DNA of 64,000 bases, taken from the NCBI GenBank assembly GCA_043228905.1, contig JBHGNT010000017.1, forward strand, positions 1,116,001-1,180,000. Reading direction: 5' to 3'. The position numbers and the translations under genes were made by a program. Each line of letters starts with the position of its first letter. The stretch's first letter is position 1. A model generated the notes under the pieces. It was not told the origin of the DNA, did no database searches, and worked only from the letters and a program-made list of their open reading frames with translations. This document shows positions 1 through 12,900 of this stretch, one piece after another. Source of the DNA: Azolla caroliniana. Its lineage: Eukaryota; Plantae; Polypodiophyta.

Positions 1-1210
1 TCGTTTTAGGAACATCGTCCTCACTTATACGAATTTGATGGTAGCCCGTACGGAGATCAAGTTTCGTAAAATACCGAGCTCCCTGGAGACGGTCAATTAG
101 ATCGTTAGCCCGGGGCAATGGATACGAATTCTTGATGGTCACTTTATTCAAGCGTGGATAATTAATACAAATACGCCATGTGCCCTCTTTCTTTTTAACC
201 AAAAGAACTGGTGCACCCCATGGAGATTTACTATAACGTATATAACCCATTCGTAAATAGTCCTTGAGTTGCTTAGATACCTCATCCTCTTCGGATAGAC
301 TTAAGCGATAAGGAGGTATACTTATTGGTGCCACGCCATGTACAATATATATACGATGGTCTATATTACATTTAGGAGGTAACCCATCTGGTAGTTCACT
401 TGGAAAAACATCACGAAAATCATTTAAGATTTCATCAAGTTGTTGTTGTTCAAAATATGTTAATTGAATCGAGACATTATCGATATTGTAAATGTGAATG
501 TCCGGATCAAGTACACAATAAAATAGAGTAGAACAAGACAACTCGGATATTGATGGAGAGGAAACAATCGAGAGGGATTGTTTTTTTACACATTGAATAA
601 AATGAGTACAATCGTTCAATACAAATGTTATTGAATGATGAACCCAATCAATAGATAAAGAAGAGCTTTTATTATAGAACTAAGGATAACCCAGTATTAC
701 ATCAGTGGTACAAAGATTCATTACATGGAAATCTACTTCCTCTATATAAGTATCAATAGAAATTCCTAATGAATGAATCGCCCCATTGATGTATTGTACT
801 CTTCCATCAGCCAAGTGCACCATATATGTGTGATCACTTACGGTGGGTTGGATTCCCCATATCTGAACCAAACGATCATTCACAAAGTTGTGTGAGCTTC
901 TCGAATCAAACAAAAATTGTACGGGAGATCCATTGATATACCCGTTTGCTCGTAGTAAATCATTGGGAAAGAACATTGACAATTACTTAAAAGATGTGTA
1001 TAAACCTGAAGGACATTAGGAATGTGACCTTTATGGCATGCAACTTTAGCTTTGCTGTCGTGCTCTTTCCGTTGGAGCTTTCGACATTGCTCTTTTGTAT
1101 GACCCTTCTTTTTGCAGAATACGCAAAAAGGATGTTGTCGCTTACAATCGCGATCCATGAATTCGTTGGGTGTCTTGCGTTTCCCAGCGAATTGCGACTG
1201 CAATAATCCT
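1..1210 (-). mobile_element. Degenerate Ty3/gypsy gag-pol fragment (zinc knuckle, aspartic protease, N-terminal RT), truncated by the window edge
   Basis: Minus strand shows the CCHC knuckle CVFCKKKGHTKEQC (880-1203 ORF) and a protease-like LFDSRSSHNF...DVILGYP (680-982 ORF). Bases 1-240 translate to [69 protein letters not shown], a typical gypsy RT. Frameshifts and stops lie between the domains. Confidence 0.92.
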
Positions 1211-1293
1211 CCCCTTCTTTACACTCTCGTTTAACCCTCACACTTATCCACGTGTATAGAATACTACGATAAATTCTCACCACGGGATATTAT

Positions 1294-1497
1294 ATGGTCA
1301 TGCCCGTAACATTGACATACACATCAAAGTTCCATCAACTCATCTACGACACCAACAAGGATGAACCTACATTCATCGATCAATTTCATTATGGAAACCA
1401 ATGTGATAGGAATAACCTCTTGTTCAACTTCGATGAGTTGACAACTCTTAGCGAGCCCTTTGTCAACCACTCGTGTATTATGACAATTAGTTGACTG
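1294..1497 (+). mobile_element. Degenerate Ty3/gypsy (chromovirus/Tcn1-type) gag fragment, opposite strand to the neighbouring pol
   Basis: YTSKFHQLIYDTNKDEPTFIDQFHYG...NLLFNFDELTTLSE...YDN*L resembles the retrotransposon gag pattern Y..EF.QL.....E..L.DQF..GL...VK..L.....P.TL.E......DNRL. Confidence 0.6.
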
Positions 1498-1729
1498 CAA
1501 TGAAATACACTTGTTATTTCTCTGTTAAGGTTGTTTTTCAATGTTGTTCCACCATTTATATATTCTCTTGCAAAAGAGACACGGTGAGGAGATGATAAGG
1601 TTTCTGTTTGTTATCTTTGAGCATCTACATTGGTCAAGTAAATCTACCTTACATTCATGCACAAGCACCTGATTTTAAGAAAGATACTCAACTAGTTGGA
1701 CACTCTTAATCACTCAACAACTCAAGGAA

Positions 1730-2101
1730 TGTAACAATCTCGCAATAGGAATGATAATTTCTATTTTTTATTAAATTGAATCACACTTAATCTCAAGAGA
1801 GACCTCAAATGAAGACTTAAGAATAGTTTTGATAAATTCATCAGGGTCACTTTTGTACACTTTTTGTTACAATTATACGCCCTAAGGCCACTCTCTCCTA
1901 CACTCAAGTCACGACAGTTTGAACCAAATGAGTTGTGATGAATGTATGAACATCTATTTATAGATCCTTATGGAGTATTCTAGAATATTTTAGATATTTA
2001 TGATAATAAATATAATTATAAAATAATCAAGAATGTTCTAGAATATTCTAAATATCTTGTAATAACTAAAAATATAATTATACATTGTATATGTTATTAC
2101 A
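1730..2101 (-). mobile_element. Probable gypsy LTR (~372 bp)
   Basis: Minus-strand termini TGTAAT...GTTACA. TATA box CTATAAATAG (plus 1954-1963). Internal CTAGAATATT(C/T)TA repeats. Lies upstream of the gypsy coding fragments. The partner LTR is not in the window. Confidence 0.6.
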
Positions 2102-2179
2102 ATGGTTAAAGGTTCAACACATATACCAAGAAGTTGTGGGTTTGACTCTTGATAAGCCAAAATGTATGTCTTCATGACA

Positions 2180-2671
2180 TCTATTATTTCCTTATCTTTT
2201 GCTTACATTAGGACTAAGCTCTAACAAGGATGATAGGGTAGGACATCGAGGATTTTATCCCCAATTGTTTGATAAGAACATTTTTTGGATGATGTCTATT
2301 TCATTTCATGCACCGTGTGAGATAGTGACACCCCATATATCCACACCATACTTGGAGCACCACAACATTACATAATATCAATCTCACATTGCATCCTTGA
2401 GGATCACTTTGGTTGCATTGATTCTCAACCATATAATAATAATTCCAACCCACTTAAAGTCTAGACTCATGGCATACATTGTGCCAAATTGTCGATGAGA
2501 CATTAATACCAAGACATTTGAAGTTTTGCACCAATGTAAAAGTGGGTGGTGTCTTGGTTGTATTGCCTTTATTGCCATCATTTTGGTTTTCTCCACGTTA
2601 ACAATTACCCCACCAATTTGACATAATGTGTCCAATACATAAAGTAAGTATTTGCATTCAACTTTGTACAT
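2180..2671 (-). mobile_element. Degenerate non-LTR retrotransposon (LINE) RT C-terminal fragment
   Basis: Minus strand gives VNVEKTKMM...VQNFKCLGINV...NEIDIIQKMFL, matching the LINE RT end pattern VN..KT..M / F.YLG. Frameshifts and stops are present. Confidence 0.7.
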
Positions 2672-3943
2672 CCATTGCTACCCTACCCACCCAACCGCCC
2701 AACTAGCCTCATCATCCTTTTTTCCATTGCCGTCACGATGGCTCGCGATGGTTTCTTTTCCCCTTTGCATGGCTTGTAATGCTTCACCGACTTCCTGCAT
2801 GGTTCATATAGAGACAATTCTCAATTGTGTGAAGTAGTAAATTTTCATAATATATTTATATACTTTTTTAATTATAACGAAACTAGCCCTTTAACCTTTT
2901 AGGTATGATTTTCAGTTATTTACATATTTAGCCTACATATTCATAGGCCTATTGTTTGGGCAAACTAAAAATATGTTCCCTACTCAAATTAAGAGTTTAT
3001 ACGCATGCCCATCCGATTGTATTTCCATGCTTTCATGTGGGGGACATCATACATGACCTTTGCTTTGCTATGACTCTTACGTGAACATCATGAATCATCT
3101 TTGATGCATAATTTTTTTTGTTGCAACATCATCTCCTTTCATAATCACAAACTCATGGATTTCGGTAATGCTATGATAGTGGAACACTTTAACATTTCAA
3201 TTAAACACACTTTGTAAGATTGTCCAAGTTTACCCATGGTAAGGATGAGCCATATAATGATGCACCATAACTCTCATATTTACATGTATAAAAATGTTAT
3301 TCCCATTCTTTTCTAGGAATATCATGAAAATCGTGTCTTCTCGTTTAGAAACATTTAATTTGGCATAAGCATTAAGAAGTGATTAGATTGGGTTGCCCAT
3401 AAGACAAGACTTCTACAATATTGTTTAAGGATACATATAATCATATGTTGACTATCAATAACAATGTTGAATTTACATACACAAACTTCCTCACTAATAA
3501 TCCTTTTGATTTTTTGGATTCTATTTGGAGCACACTTTGTAATGTAAATTCATATTGGATAATTTGATGTCCAATCTCAAGGGAACTAGTTATTATAATA
3601 CTCCACGTGTGATATACAACATTTTCATTGGTGTATAAGTACAAAGGACTAGGTGTTGACATTCAAGGCAATAGTTCCACTATTTCTCGCTCTATTAATA
3701 AAAAATGGAGGGGATCTCTAAAAACAATGCACCATAGATCTCTCTCTCTCTCTCTCTCTCTTGGTAAAAACGCACAATTTTATTAATTGTATGGAAAAGC
3801 GATTGTTACAAGTTACAACAACTCTCAGTTTCCTCTACCTACTACCTATCATATATAGGGAGAGTGACGTCCTGTAAGACCACTAGAAAACCAGAGAAAA
3901 CCAGAATATGCACTGGAGGAATTTATCCCTACATGCTCTAACA

Positions 3944-4010
3944 TCCATGGCATCAAAGTCATAAATTTGAGGGAACCCAAAATCTATCCTCAACCAAGCC
4001 CATCTTCAAA

Positions 4011-4056
<46 letters not shown>

Positions 4057-4118
4057 GCTTGGCCTATGATGAGTATTGAGTTTGGGTTCCCTCAAAATTA
4101 TGACTTTAATGCTATGGA
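3944..4118. repeat. Imperfect inverted repeat (~60-bp arms) with a (GA)n microsatellite loop; MITE-like hairpin
   Basis: CCATGGCATCAAAGTCATAAATTTGAGGGAACCCAAA...CCAAGCCCATCT pairs with AGATGGGCTTGG...TTTGGGTTCCCTCAAAATTATGACTTTAATGCTATGG. Confidence 0.85.
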
Positions 4119-4372
4119 GCAAGTGATCCCAAGTGAGGCGTATTGAGTTCACTATGGAATAAATGTTACTCATTAGAGGGCCCACGGTGATTTTAGTTTA
4201 GAGATGAACACACGTATATTAATATAAGTCATTAACCAAATGTGAAATCATAACCTAGCTACACTTGATTAGCTCAGTCGAAGATCTGTCACATAATTGT
4301 ATATTAATGGAGTTAATTAAACTCGAGATAGACCCACTAGGTACGTGAAGGATAATTTATCTACTCATACAT

Positions 4373-4643
4373 CAATTGGGGACAAATAGACAACAATGCA
4401 TACACTTAGTTCAATGAACTACCATTTTGTACACCACAGATAAATGGACTACGACCTCTAGCTACATTAATTGGGGACAAATAGGCAACAATACACACAC
4501 TTAGTTTAATGAACTACCGTTTTGTATGCCACAAACACCGTTTAATTAGGGACAAATATGCAACAAATACACACACTTAGTTTGATGAACTACCAATTGG
4601 CACGCCATGGACAAATGGACTATGACCTCTCTAGCTCCATTAA
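4373..4643. repeat. Tandem repeat, 3 diverged copies of a 75-100 bp unit
   Basis: AATT(G/A)GGGACAAATA...ACACTTAGTT..ATGAACTACC recurs at ~4374, ~4469 and ~4544. Confidence 0.9.
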
Positions 4644-5183
4644 CACAAACACTTTATAGGGCTAGTGGGACAAGGCAAACACATTGTATAGGGGTCTTCT
4701 ATGAGGGACCATATGGCTAACCCATCATCATGGGTTCCTTGATCATACCGGAGGGTCGAATGGCAGTCTCATGTCTCTGTCTCTCATGAGTCATGAGGCG
4801 ATGAGCAAAACCACCTTTTTGTTGTCCCTTTGCTTGTGACCCATGATGAGATCACAAGCATTCCATGCATATGTGTGTGTGTGTGTGTGTCTGGGCTTTC
4901 TTCTCTTAATTTTGTCTCACACTCAAACTCATCCTCAATCTTCTTATTTCTTTGTTTCCTTCCTTACAAAAGCTTGATATCAAATACACATATATAAGTG
5001 TACATACATCTATGCATATATGTTAAGCCTTACCCCCCTATGTGTAGTTCCAAGGAAAGTGGAGACTTCACTTCTCTATACCCCTGCGGCTATTATCTCT
5101 AATATAACCTTTCAAAACAAACTATAACTATATATAGAAGAAGTAGAGGCAGAGGCAGAGGCAGAGGCAGAGACAGAGCTTGC

Positions 5184-7394
5184 ATGATGAGAACCCCTTG
5201 TTGTGAGAAGATGGGTTTAAAGAAGGGCCCATGGACACCTGATGAAGATGAAAAGCTCCTAGCTTACATACAACGTCATGGCCATGGAAGCTGGAGATCT
5301 CTTCCCAAACATGCTGGTATACTCGTTTCTTTCTTTCAGATTTAACCCTAATGGCTCCAGATAGTTTCTTCTTTTAATTTTAATTAATTGATGTATTTGC
5401 TCCCTCCCCCCCCCCCCCCCCCTAATATATCAGGGCTTCTCCGATGTGGGAAGAGTTGCAGGCTTCGTTGGACGAATTATCTGAGACCCGACATTAAAAG
5501 GGGCAATTTCAGCTGCGAAGAGGAACAGATTATCATCAACTTGCATTCATTACTCGGCAACAGGTAAAGAAATATAATGTCACACACATATACTATAATA
5601 CCGTATTTATTTGATTTTGCTTCATTGTTTTAAGTTTGTTTGTCATTCAGATGAATGCTATCATTATTAGGGCACCCATCATTCTGTGGAGTCAAAGTTG
5701 TTAATGCCTCATCGATCAGTTCTTGTATGTGTTTTTTATTCATTCTTCTAATCTCAGACATGGTTTAGTAAATGAGTGATGATGCATGTGTGTGTACACC
5801 CTAAATCTTTGCCGTTTGGAATGTATGCTGTTTGTACACATGATCTTTAACATGTCTGTCATGCATTTATCTCAATGTAAATGACAGGATCTTTTTGTGT
5901 ATGAATTATGTATGCATCTTTGTGCGTCCATTCTATTAGTGTATAATATGAAATGGGCTCACACGATCTTTGGCTTGATCCCTTCTTGTATATATGAATG
6001 TACATACATGATCTATAGTATCCATGATGTATATATAGCTGTAAACATGATCTTTTGATACATATTGATGCATGTCAATATGTATGCATGTATATGTGAA
6101 CTCACGGTCTTTGGCATGAACCATTAACTCTCAAATTCAATGTTTGTTCATCCGCATTACATGCATTAACAAGCTTTATGTGATAAACTACATCTTAATA
6201 ATGGACTCAATTGCCTTTAATGTACTATATAGATGGTCCTCCATTGCAAGCCACTTACCAGGGAGAACAGATAATGAGATCAAGAACTATTGGAACACTC
6301 ATCTGAAGAAGAGACTCCTACAAATGGGTTTGGATCCGATGAATCACAAACCCTTACTAGATGGCCACACCTTGGCATTACCATCGATGGGAAAGGCCCC
6401 TTGTAACTTGATGTTTAGTGCTCATCACAGTGGGGATGAACGGGAAGGCGTATCTAGACATATTGGAGATGCTTGCATTGGGAATAAATCTCAGGATTGT
6501 TTTCTCCGTAAGTCGGATGATTCTGGGGTATCTTTCCTGAGAGCAATGACCTTCCCGAGCTCCTACTTGGAACAACTGCGGTCGTGTGGGCTAGACATTA
6601 GCGGGTTCCTTACACAACATTACAAGCAAGCAATAAGACTCCAAAGACAAGAAGAAGATGAACGACGACGGTGCGTAAAAGATGATGCTCAACTACAACA
6701 AAATCAACCCATCTCTTTGATTGATGCAAAGCATGCTCCTAATGACATTATACTACAATCTAAGTCTATGACTATTCTCTCCTCAGATGGTAGCAACAAT
6801 TCCACCACACAGTGTGTTGACAACCTCTCCCCTTGTTCGCCCCTCTCATCATTTGGTTTCTCAAGTTTGCATCAAGGACCCGAATCCAATGTCTGGTCTA
6901 AGAAAAAGTTGACATTCTCTGATATTGGCATTGGCTTGAGGAAAAGGAGGGAGGAGGATGAATGTGAGACAGGGCAAGATGTCCATATCACATGTGCCAT
7001 CCCATGCAATACTCTTGTTGGTGATGGTCAAATACATGCTAAACCAGATCAAGCTTCAGACAAAATCACACCAATAAACCCCCAACAAATAAGGACCATG
7101 AATTGCACACCATGCGAACTGTTCCCATTTTCCTCGACATCTTTGCAATGCTCTCAAACTCTAGCACTAGAGCAAGAAGGGTTTATGACACCTAAACACA
7201 TGATGAATGTGATTGTGAAAGAGGAAGAGATGTTGCGTGGAAGCAGGAGCACTAACAATGGTCATGATTTGGGTCTCAATTGTTTCATGCCATTGCTAAC
7301 ACCTGACATGTGCTTAGGTTTTGAGGTTGAAATGGAAGGCAATGGGGGTGGTATTCCCTTAAACCAGGTTTCCCAAATTGGCAAGACTTGGTAG
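5184..7394 (+). CDS. R2R3-MYB transcription factor (MIXTA/MYB16/MYB106-like); exons 5184-5316, 5434-5563, 6233-7394
   Basis: [26 protein letters not shown]...[24 protein letters not shown]...[36 protein letters not shown]. Canonical 133/130-bp first exons and GT-AG introns. Confidence 0.96.
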
Positions 7395-7640
7395 CTAGCC
7401 AGGATAGGGGTTACTTTGAACAAAGTTTCCTAGATTAGTAATGCTTGCTTCCATCCATAAGTACCAGTTACCTTATCATCTAATCCCTGTTGCATCACTG
7501 ACCAGGTTTCCCAAATTGGCAAGACTTGGTAGCTAGCCAGGATAGGGGTTACTTTGAACAAAGTTTCCTAGATTAGTAGTGCTTGCTTCCATCCATAAGT
7601 ACCAGTTACCTTATCATCTAATCCCTGTTGCATCACTGAC
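7363..7640 (+). repeat. 138-bp tandem duplication spanning the MYB stop codon and 3' UTR
   Basis: 7363-7500 and 7501-7638 are identical apart from one substitution seen (TAGTAATGC vs TAGTAGTGC). Confidence 0.95.
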
Positions 7641-8302
7641 ATTTCGTATTCTTGAGATTGCAATATCTACAATGCACACTTCAAACATTTAATCCAGTGG
7701 CATATTAGGTTAACTCATGGAATAGACACACATGCTACTGCCCTTCATTCAAGTTCCCCTAAAATCGACCAAATATGCAAAAATCATTCACATGAATACC
7801 ATTGTTTTATGAGATGATACAATAATTACAACTTGAACCAAAAGAATCAATAAGGATATAAAAAATAAAGATATGTTTATACCCTTTTTGAGGAATTTGT
7901 GAAATGCATTAAATTTTATATCTTAAATGTAGTCGAGTTTTTATTTGGATGGATCTTCATTTAATCTTTGTTTTCTTCACTTAAGAGATATATTGTCCAT
8001 TTAGGGTCAACCAATCCATGAGACTATCATAATTTGAATCTCTTTTTAAATGCTTTGCTCATGCCAAGAAAAGCATCGGGGATTGTGAGTTATCCTCATA
8101 GTATGCACTTTAGCGAAGCACAATTCTAGTAATCTTATGTTCATTGAAATCTTTGATCAATTATGTCTTTGCTTTACAAACTTACATATGAACTCCATAA
8201 TTTGCCAATGTGTTGAAAAACAAACACATGATTCAAGGATCCTCTATTTAATGAGATGGGCAATTACCTCACTCGAGATGGAGATATTCACTTTCACCAT
8301 TT

Positions 8303-8492
8303 TTTCACTTACAATATATTTTCACCATACTTGAAGAGTCTTTTCAAGCAAGCCGATGACTTTCACACATTAGGTTCATGCATTCGTAACATACATTGTT
8401 TCACTTTGCCAATATATTTTCACCATTCTTCAACAATCTTTTCAAGCAAGCCTATGACTTTCACACATTAGGTTCATGCATTCATAACATTC
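8303..8492. repeat. ~98-bp tandem duplication
   Basis: CAATATATTTTCACCAT...TCTTTTCAAGCAAGCC.ATGACTTTCACACATTAGGTTCATGCATTC occurs twice. Confidence 0.9.
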
Positions 8493-9938
8493 ATATTTGT
8501 CTCAATAATCAATTTTATCATTTATTTTTTTCCATGTAATCATAGACTTTGATTTGCCCTTAGTCAAGGCAATAAATTGATTCTCGTAAGGATGCACATG
8601 ATAAAGATTGTGCATGGATCAAGCATTTTAAAACAAAACCCAAGGGTATAGTTAGTATAATCATGGGACCATATCTTCTACCTCATAAATGGGATGATTA
8701 CAAAATGTGATTGCGAAAAAAGAAGAAATTGTCTATAGCCATTATTGTCCATGGAAAACCTATATCACATGCATGTAAAGAAAGTTAAGAGTTAATACAT
8801 GTCATGACATTTTTCTTTCCAATGAAGAAAAAGAGTGAGGGATTGATGAAGTATTGACACAAGAAAATGACATTTTGTGTGAGATTTCAAGTGTGACATC
8901 TTTTTTGCTCTTTTTTCGCATTCATATTGTAGCCAATGTTCATTAAATTTTCTCACACATGGTAGCTAGTGTCCGTGATGGATTTATTCAATGAACTTCT
9001 AGAAAGGCTGAAGTATAATAAACAATGGTAAGTTTGACATATTTGGACCACGTATGCCGCCTCATCTTTTAGATTGACTATGGAACATCTCTCAAATCTA
9101 ACAAGCACTTAAATGACTAGTTAAGCACAAAGTAGTATTAAGATTCTTTGCCACATCCCATACAAAATACAAACACATACTAAATAAAAAATTAGATTCC
9201 AAGCCAAGTTACCCATGTAACGAAAATAAAAGAAAGGCCATTGTCTCAATAAGAGATGACATTTGTTATTACATATATATATATATATCCGTACATGTAT
9301 ATGTACAAGAACTATGAACGCGTGTAGTTTGTCTTGAAAATCATTCATATAGTTAAATAAAGTCCATGGATTGATTGATGTTGGATTGATAAAATTGCAA
9401 GTGATTAAACAAATTTGATCGACATATTGTTCTTCGCCATGTAGTCGATAGACATTATTTGAGATAACTAAAATTTATATTTATTATATCTCATTCTTCG
9501 AAAGATGGATTGAACATCGATTTGATAAAAACAACAATATGCGGAATGCTGGATATGTACATGAAAAAAATGTACTTCATTTATTGAAAGTAAAGTTTTC
9601 GAGTGTTCAAAAACCTAGATGGGACCTAATGCATTGCAAATATTCTACCTCTATTCACTTTGAAGTCTTCCATGTTCTAGATTTTGCAACATAATTTGTT
9701 CCAAAAAATGCCCCATGTTCAAGATTTTCCCAGCAAATACGTCCCTGAAAACAAATTAACAAGCATAAGAATTTTTTCACACCAAAACTCGAGCCATAGC
9801 CTATAAGATTACATATAGCTTGACGACACATTTTAAAAAAATTCAATTGTCACATTTCTACATACATATTTAGGTTAATGTAGTCTCTCATATGGTACAC
9901 AAACAATTTAGCAAGTATCCCATACCTTAAGTTTGTAT

Positions 9939-12900
9939 TGTTAGATATAATCAATGATCAGCCCCAAGTTGTAAATCTATCCCCATATGTGCTCTTAGAG
10001 TGCACATTTTGTGATAGCGCCCCAAATGAGGAGCGGCTAGTGTGCAACTCGACCATATGGGTCGATAAGGTGTTAATCTAGGAAACCGTAGATGCGTAGG
10101 ACACAATATATTTAGGAAAGAGAGAAATAGATAAAAGGATTGGCTAATCAAGTTAGCTAGAATATTTTGTGGGCAAGTTACGATGTACTTAGTCTTGAAG
10201 TATGCGTCATTGACTTCAAGATAAGTATTATCTAGCACTAGCCTGTACCTAGGGAGTTGGGTCATATTAAATGACAAGTCAGTTGACAGAAAAGGAATAT
10301 CTCCACTACTGTCAACTGACTTGCACATTTATACTAAGACCAAACATAGATTATAAGTCACTTTTCTCACACAGTGGTCAGATTGATCATCAGTCCCCAC
10401 TAATTTTGTAGTGAGCCGGTCCATATCCTATCTAAGCTCTAAGGTGTGAGCGCATGGGAAAACTACCATTTTGAACTACTCTCATATGTAATAGAAATTC
10501 TGTTTTCATATATCCATCTCTGCAGTTGTAACTCTATATACCTATCTACTCAATTCTCAATATTTCTAATATGGTATCAGAGCGAAGAGGTTGATCTAGA
10601 TTAGGTATATACGGGTAGTTGCTGTCTAGCAACAGAGAGAAATAGAGAGAGAGAGAGAGAGAGAGACAGAGTATCAATGGCCTTGTCCACGAATGTCGCA
10701 GCTGCTCCATTGCGCATTCGCCCACCTCCATTGTCTGATGGAAAGCTAGATGGAACCAACTACACTCTATGGAAGTTCAAAATGTCTGCCATTTTGGATT
10801 CCTACGAGTTGTTGGAAACAATCATGGGACCCACAGGGGGAGACCCTGAGCCCATGGCAACCTTTGACCCTGCACACCCTACCACATCAATTCCTCCAAA
10901 TGCTGATCTACTTCGAGCCTGGAAGAGAAGGAATGCTGATGCGCTATGTACCATAGTCACTGGTGTATGTGACTCTGTACTAACACTAGTGCAACATACA
11001 ACTAGGGCACATGAAGCTTGGAGCATATTGGCCAGCCAGTATGAGACCAGAAACTATACAAGGATACAAAACCTCGAAAATCAGCTTGCTGCAGAGAAGC
11101 TCGCTGATGGAGAGAAAGTAGAATCCTTTGTAAAAAGGATTAAGGATCTTCAAGATCACCTGGCGGCTGTTGGAGTAGTCGTCTCTCAAGAGGATATGGC
11201 TCGTCGGTGCATTCGAGTACTTCCTTTCAAGTATGATGGCATTGTGACAGCATTGAACACTCAGGTTCGACCCACTCCTTTAAAATTTGATGAACTAAGT
11301 GCAATGCTGCTTGAAGAGGAGCTTCGGCTGAAGACAAGAGAAGAAAGGGAAGATTCAGCATTTGTCTCTAGGACTAAGGGTGAAGGGGCATCCAATTCAA
11401 ACAATGCGAATAGGATACCGAAGAAGAAGAAGTTCAATGGATCGTGTTTCTACTGTGACAAGAAGGGTCACACAATCAAGGATTGTCGAAAGAAGATGGC
11501 GGATGAGAAGAATGGTTCTAATAAGACTTCTTGGAGAGAGCCCAAGTCCGCTAACAATGTCGTAGATGAACTAGAGTTATGGGTCGCAACTGAAGAAGTG
11601 TGTTCTTCAGTTGACACTCAAGTTGTTGATGAGTCTTGGATTCTCGATAGTGGAGCATCCCGACATATGACCAGTAATCGTGACTGGTACAGTTCTTGGA
11701 CACCTCTACAAGAGCCCATCAATGTTGTGGTCGGAAACAATGCTCGATGTCCGGCCAAAGGAACCGGAACCGTCTCCCTCAAAGCAACGACCGGTGGGAC
11801 AAAGCATCTCTCTCAAGTGTTGTACGTGCCAGATCTGAAGAAGAATCTACTGTCCATTTCTGCACTGACTGACAAGGGTCTTGATGTTCGATTCAAGAAG
11901 TCGGGTGCAGAAATAACAGATTCTGCTGGCAAGGTTGTAGGAATAGGGGTGAGGCGTAACAATCTCTATGAGCTGAGCGCGTTTACCATTTCTACTGACC
12001 ACAGCACAAGTACCAACACAAAGCAATGGCATGAGAGATTTGGGCATCTCAACGTTGCTGTGTTGAAGGAGATGAAGAAGTCGAATATGGTAGTTGGGTT
12101 GCCAACCCTATCTGACTTAAGTCATGTTTGTGATGCTTGTATGATGGGCAAGCATCAAAGATCAGCCATTCCAAAAGAGAGTCAAAATCGGGCAAAGACT
12201 CCTCTACAGCTAATACACATTGACCTCTCTGGAAAAATGGTGACTCCTGCAATGGGTGGATCTCTCTACTATATGCTAATAGTCGACGACTTCAGTAGAA
12301 AGATGTGGGTTTACTTCCTTCGGGAGAAGGCTGAAGCTTTTAAAATCTTCAAAAGATGGCATAAGTTTGTCGAGCAAGAGTCTGGAAAGTTAGTGAAGGA
12401 GCTACGCTCTGATCGAGGTGGAGAATTCTTATCAATAGAATTCTGTGAGTATTGCAAAGAGCATGGAATTAAGCGCCAACTTACAACTGCCTACACCCCA
12501 CAACAAAATGGCGTTGTCGAACGTCGAAATCGAACAGTTGTCGAGATGGCTAGGTGTATGTTGAAGGCACAAGCGCTGCCCGACCCATTCTGGGCTGAAG
12601 TAGTGAACACAACAGTTTACATCCTCAATCGGAGCTACACGAAGGCACTTCAAGGGAAAACACCCCAAGAAGCTTATTCAGGCAAGAAACCTTCAGTGCT
12701 GCACTTCAGAACCTTTGGGTGTATGTGCTACGCACATATTCCAGATGTGAGCAGAAAGAAGTTGGATGCTAAAAGCAAAAAGTGTATCTTTCTCGGATAT
12801 AGTGAAGAGTCAAAGGCCTATCGACTCTACGATCCAGAGGCAAGAAAGATATTGACAAGCCGCGATGTGGTGTTCGATGAGGAACAACCACAGCTAGCTG

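Noticed and set aside
2102-2158. tRNA-like A-box/B-box pattern (TGGTTAAAGG...GGTTTGACTC)
   Set aside because: No cloverleaf can be formed; at most a decayed SINE head, too weak to call.
6144-6232. N-terminal part of the 416-aa ORF as the protein start
   Set aside because: It is intron 2 sequence; exon 3 of the MYB begins at 6233 after the AG acceptor.
9951-10328. Identical 125-aa antisense ORFs at 9951-10328 and 14778-15155
   Set aside because: They lie within the two near-identical LTRs and have no recognisable domain, so LTR duplication explains the identity.
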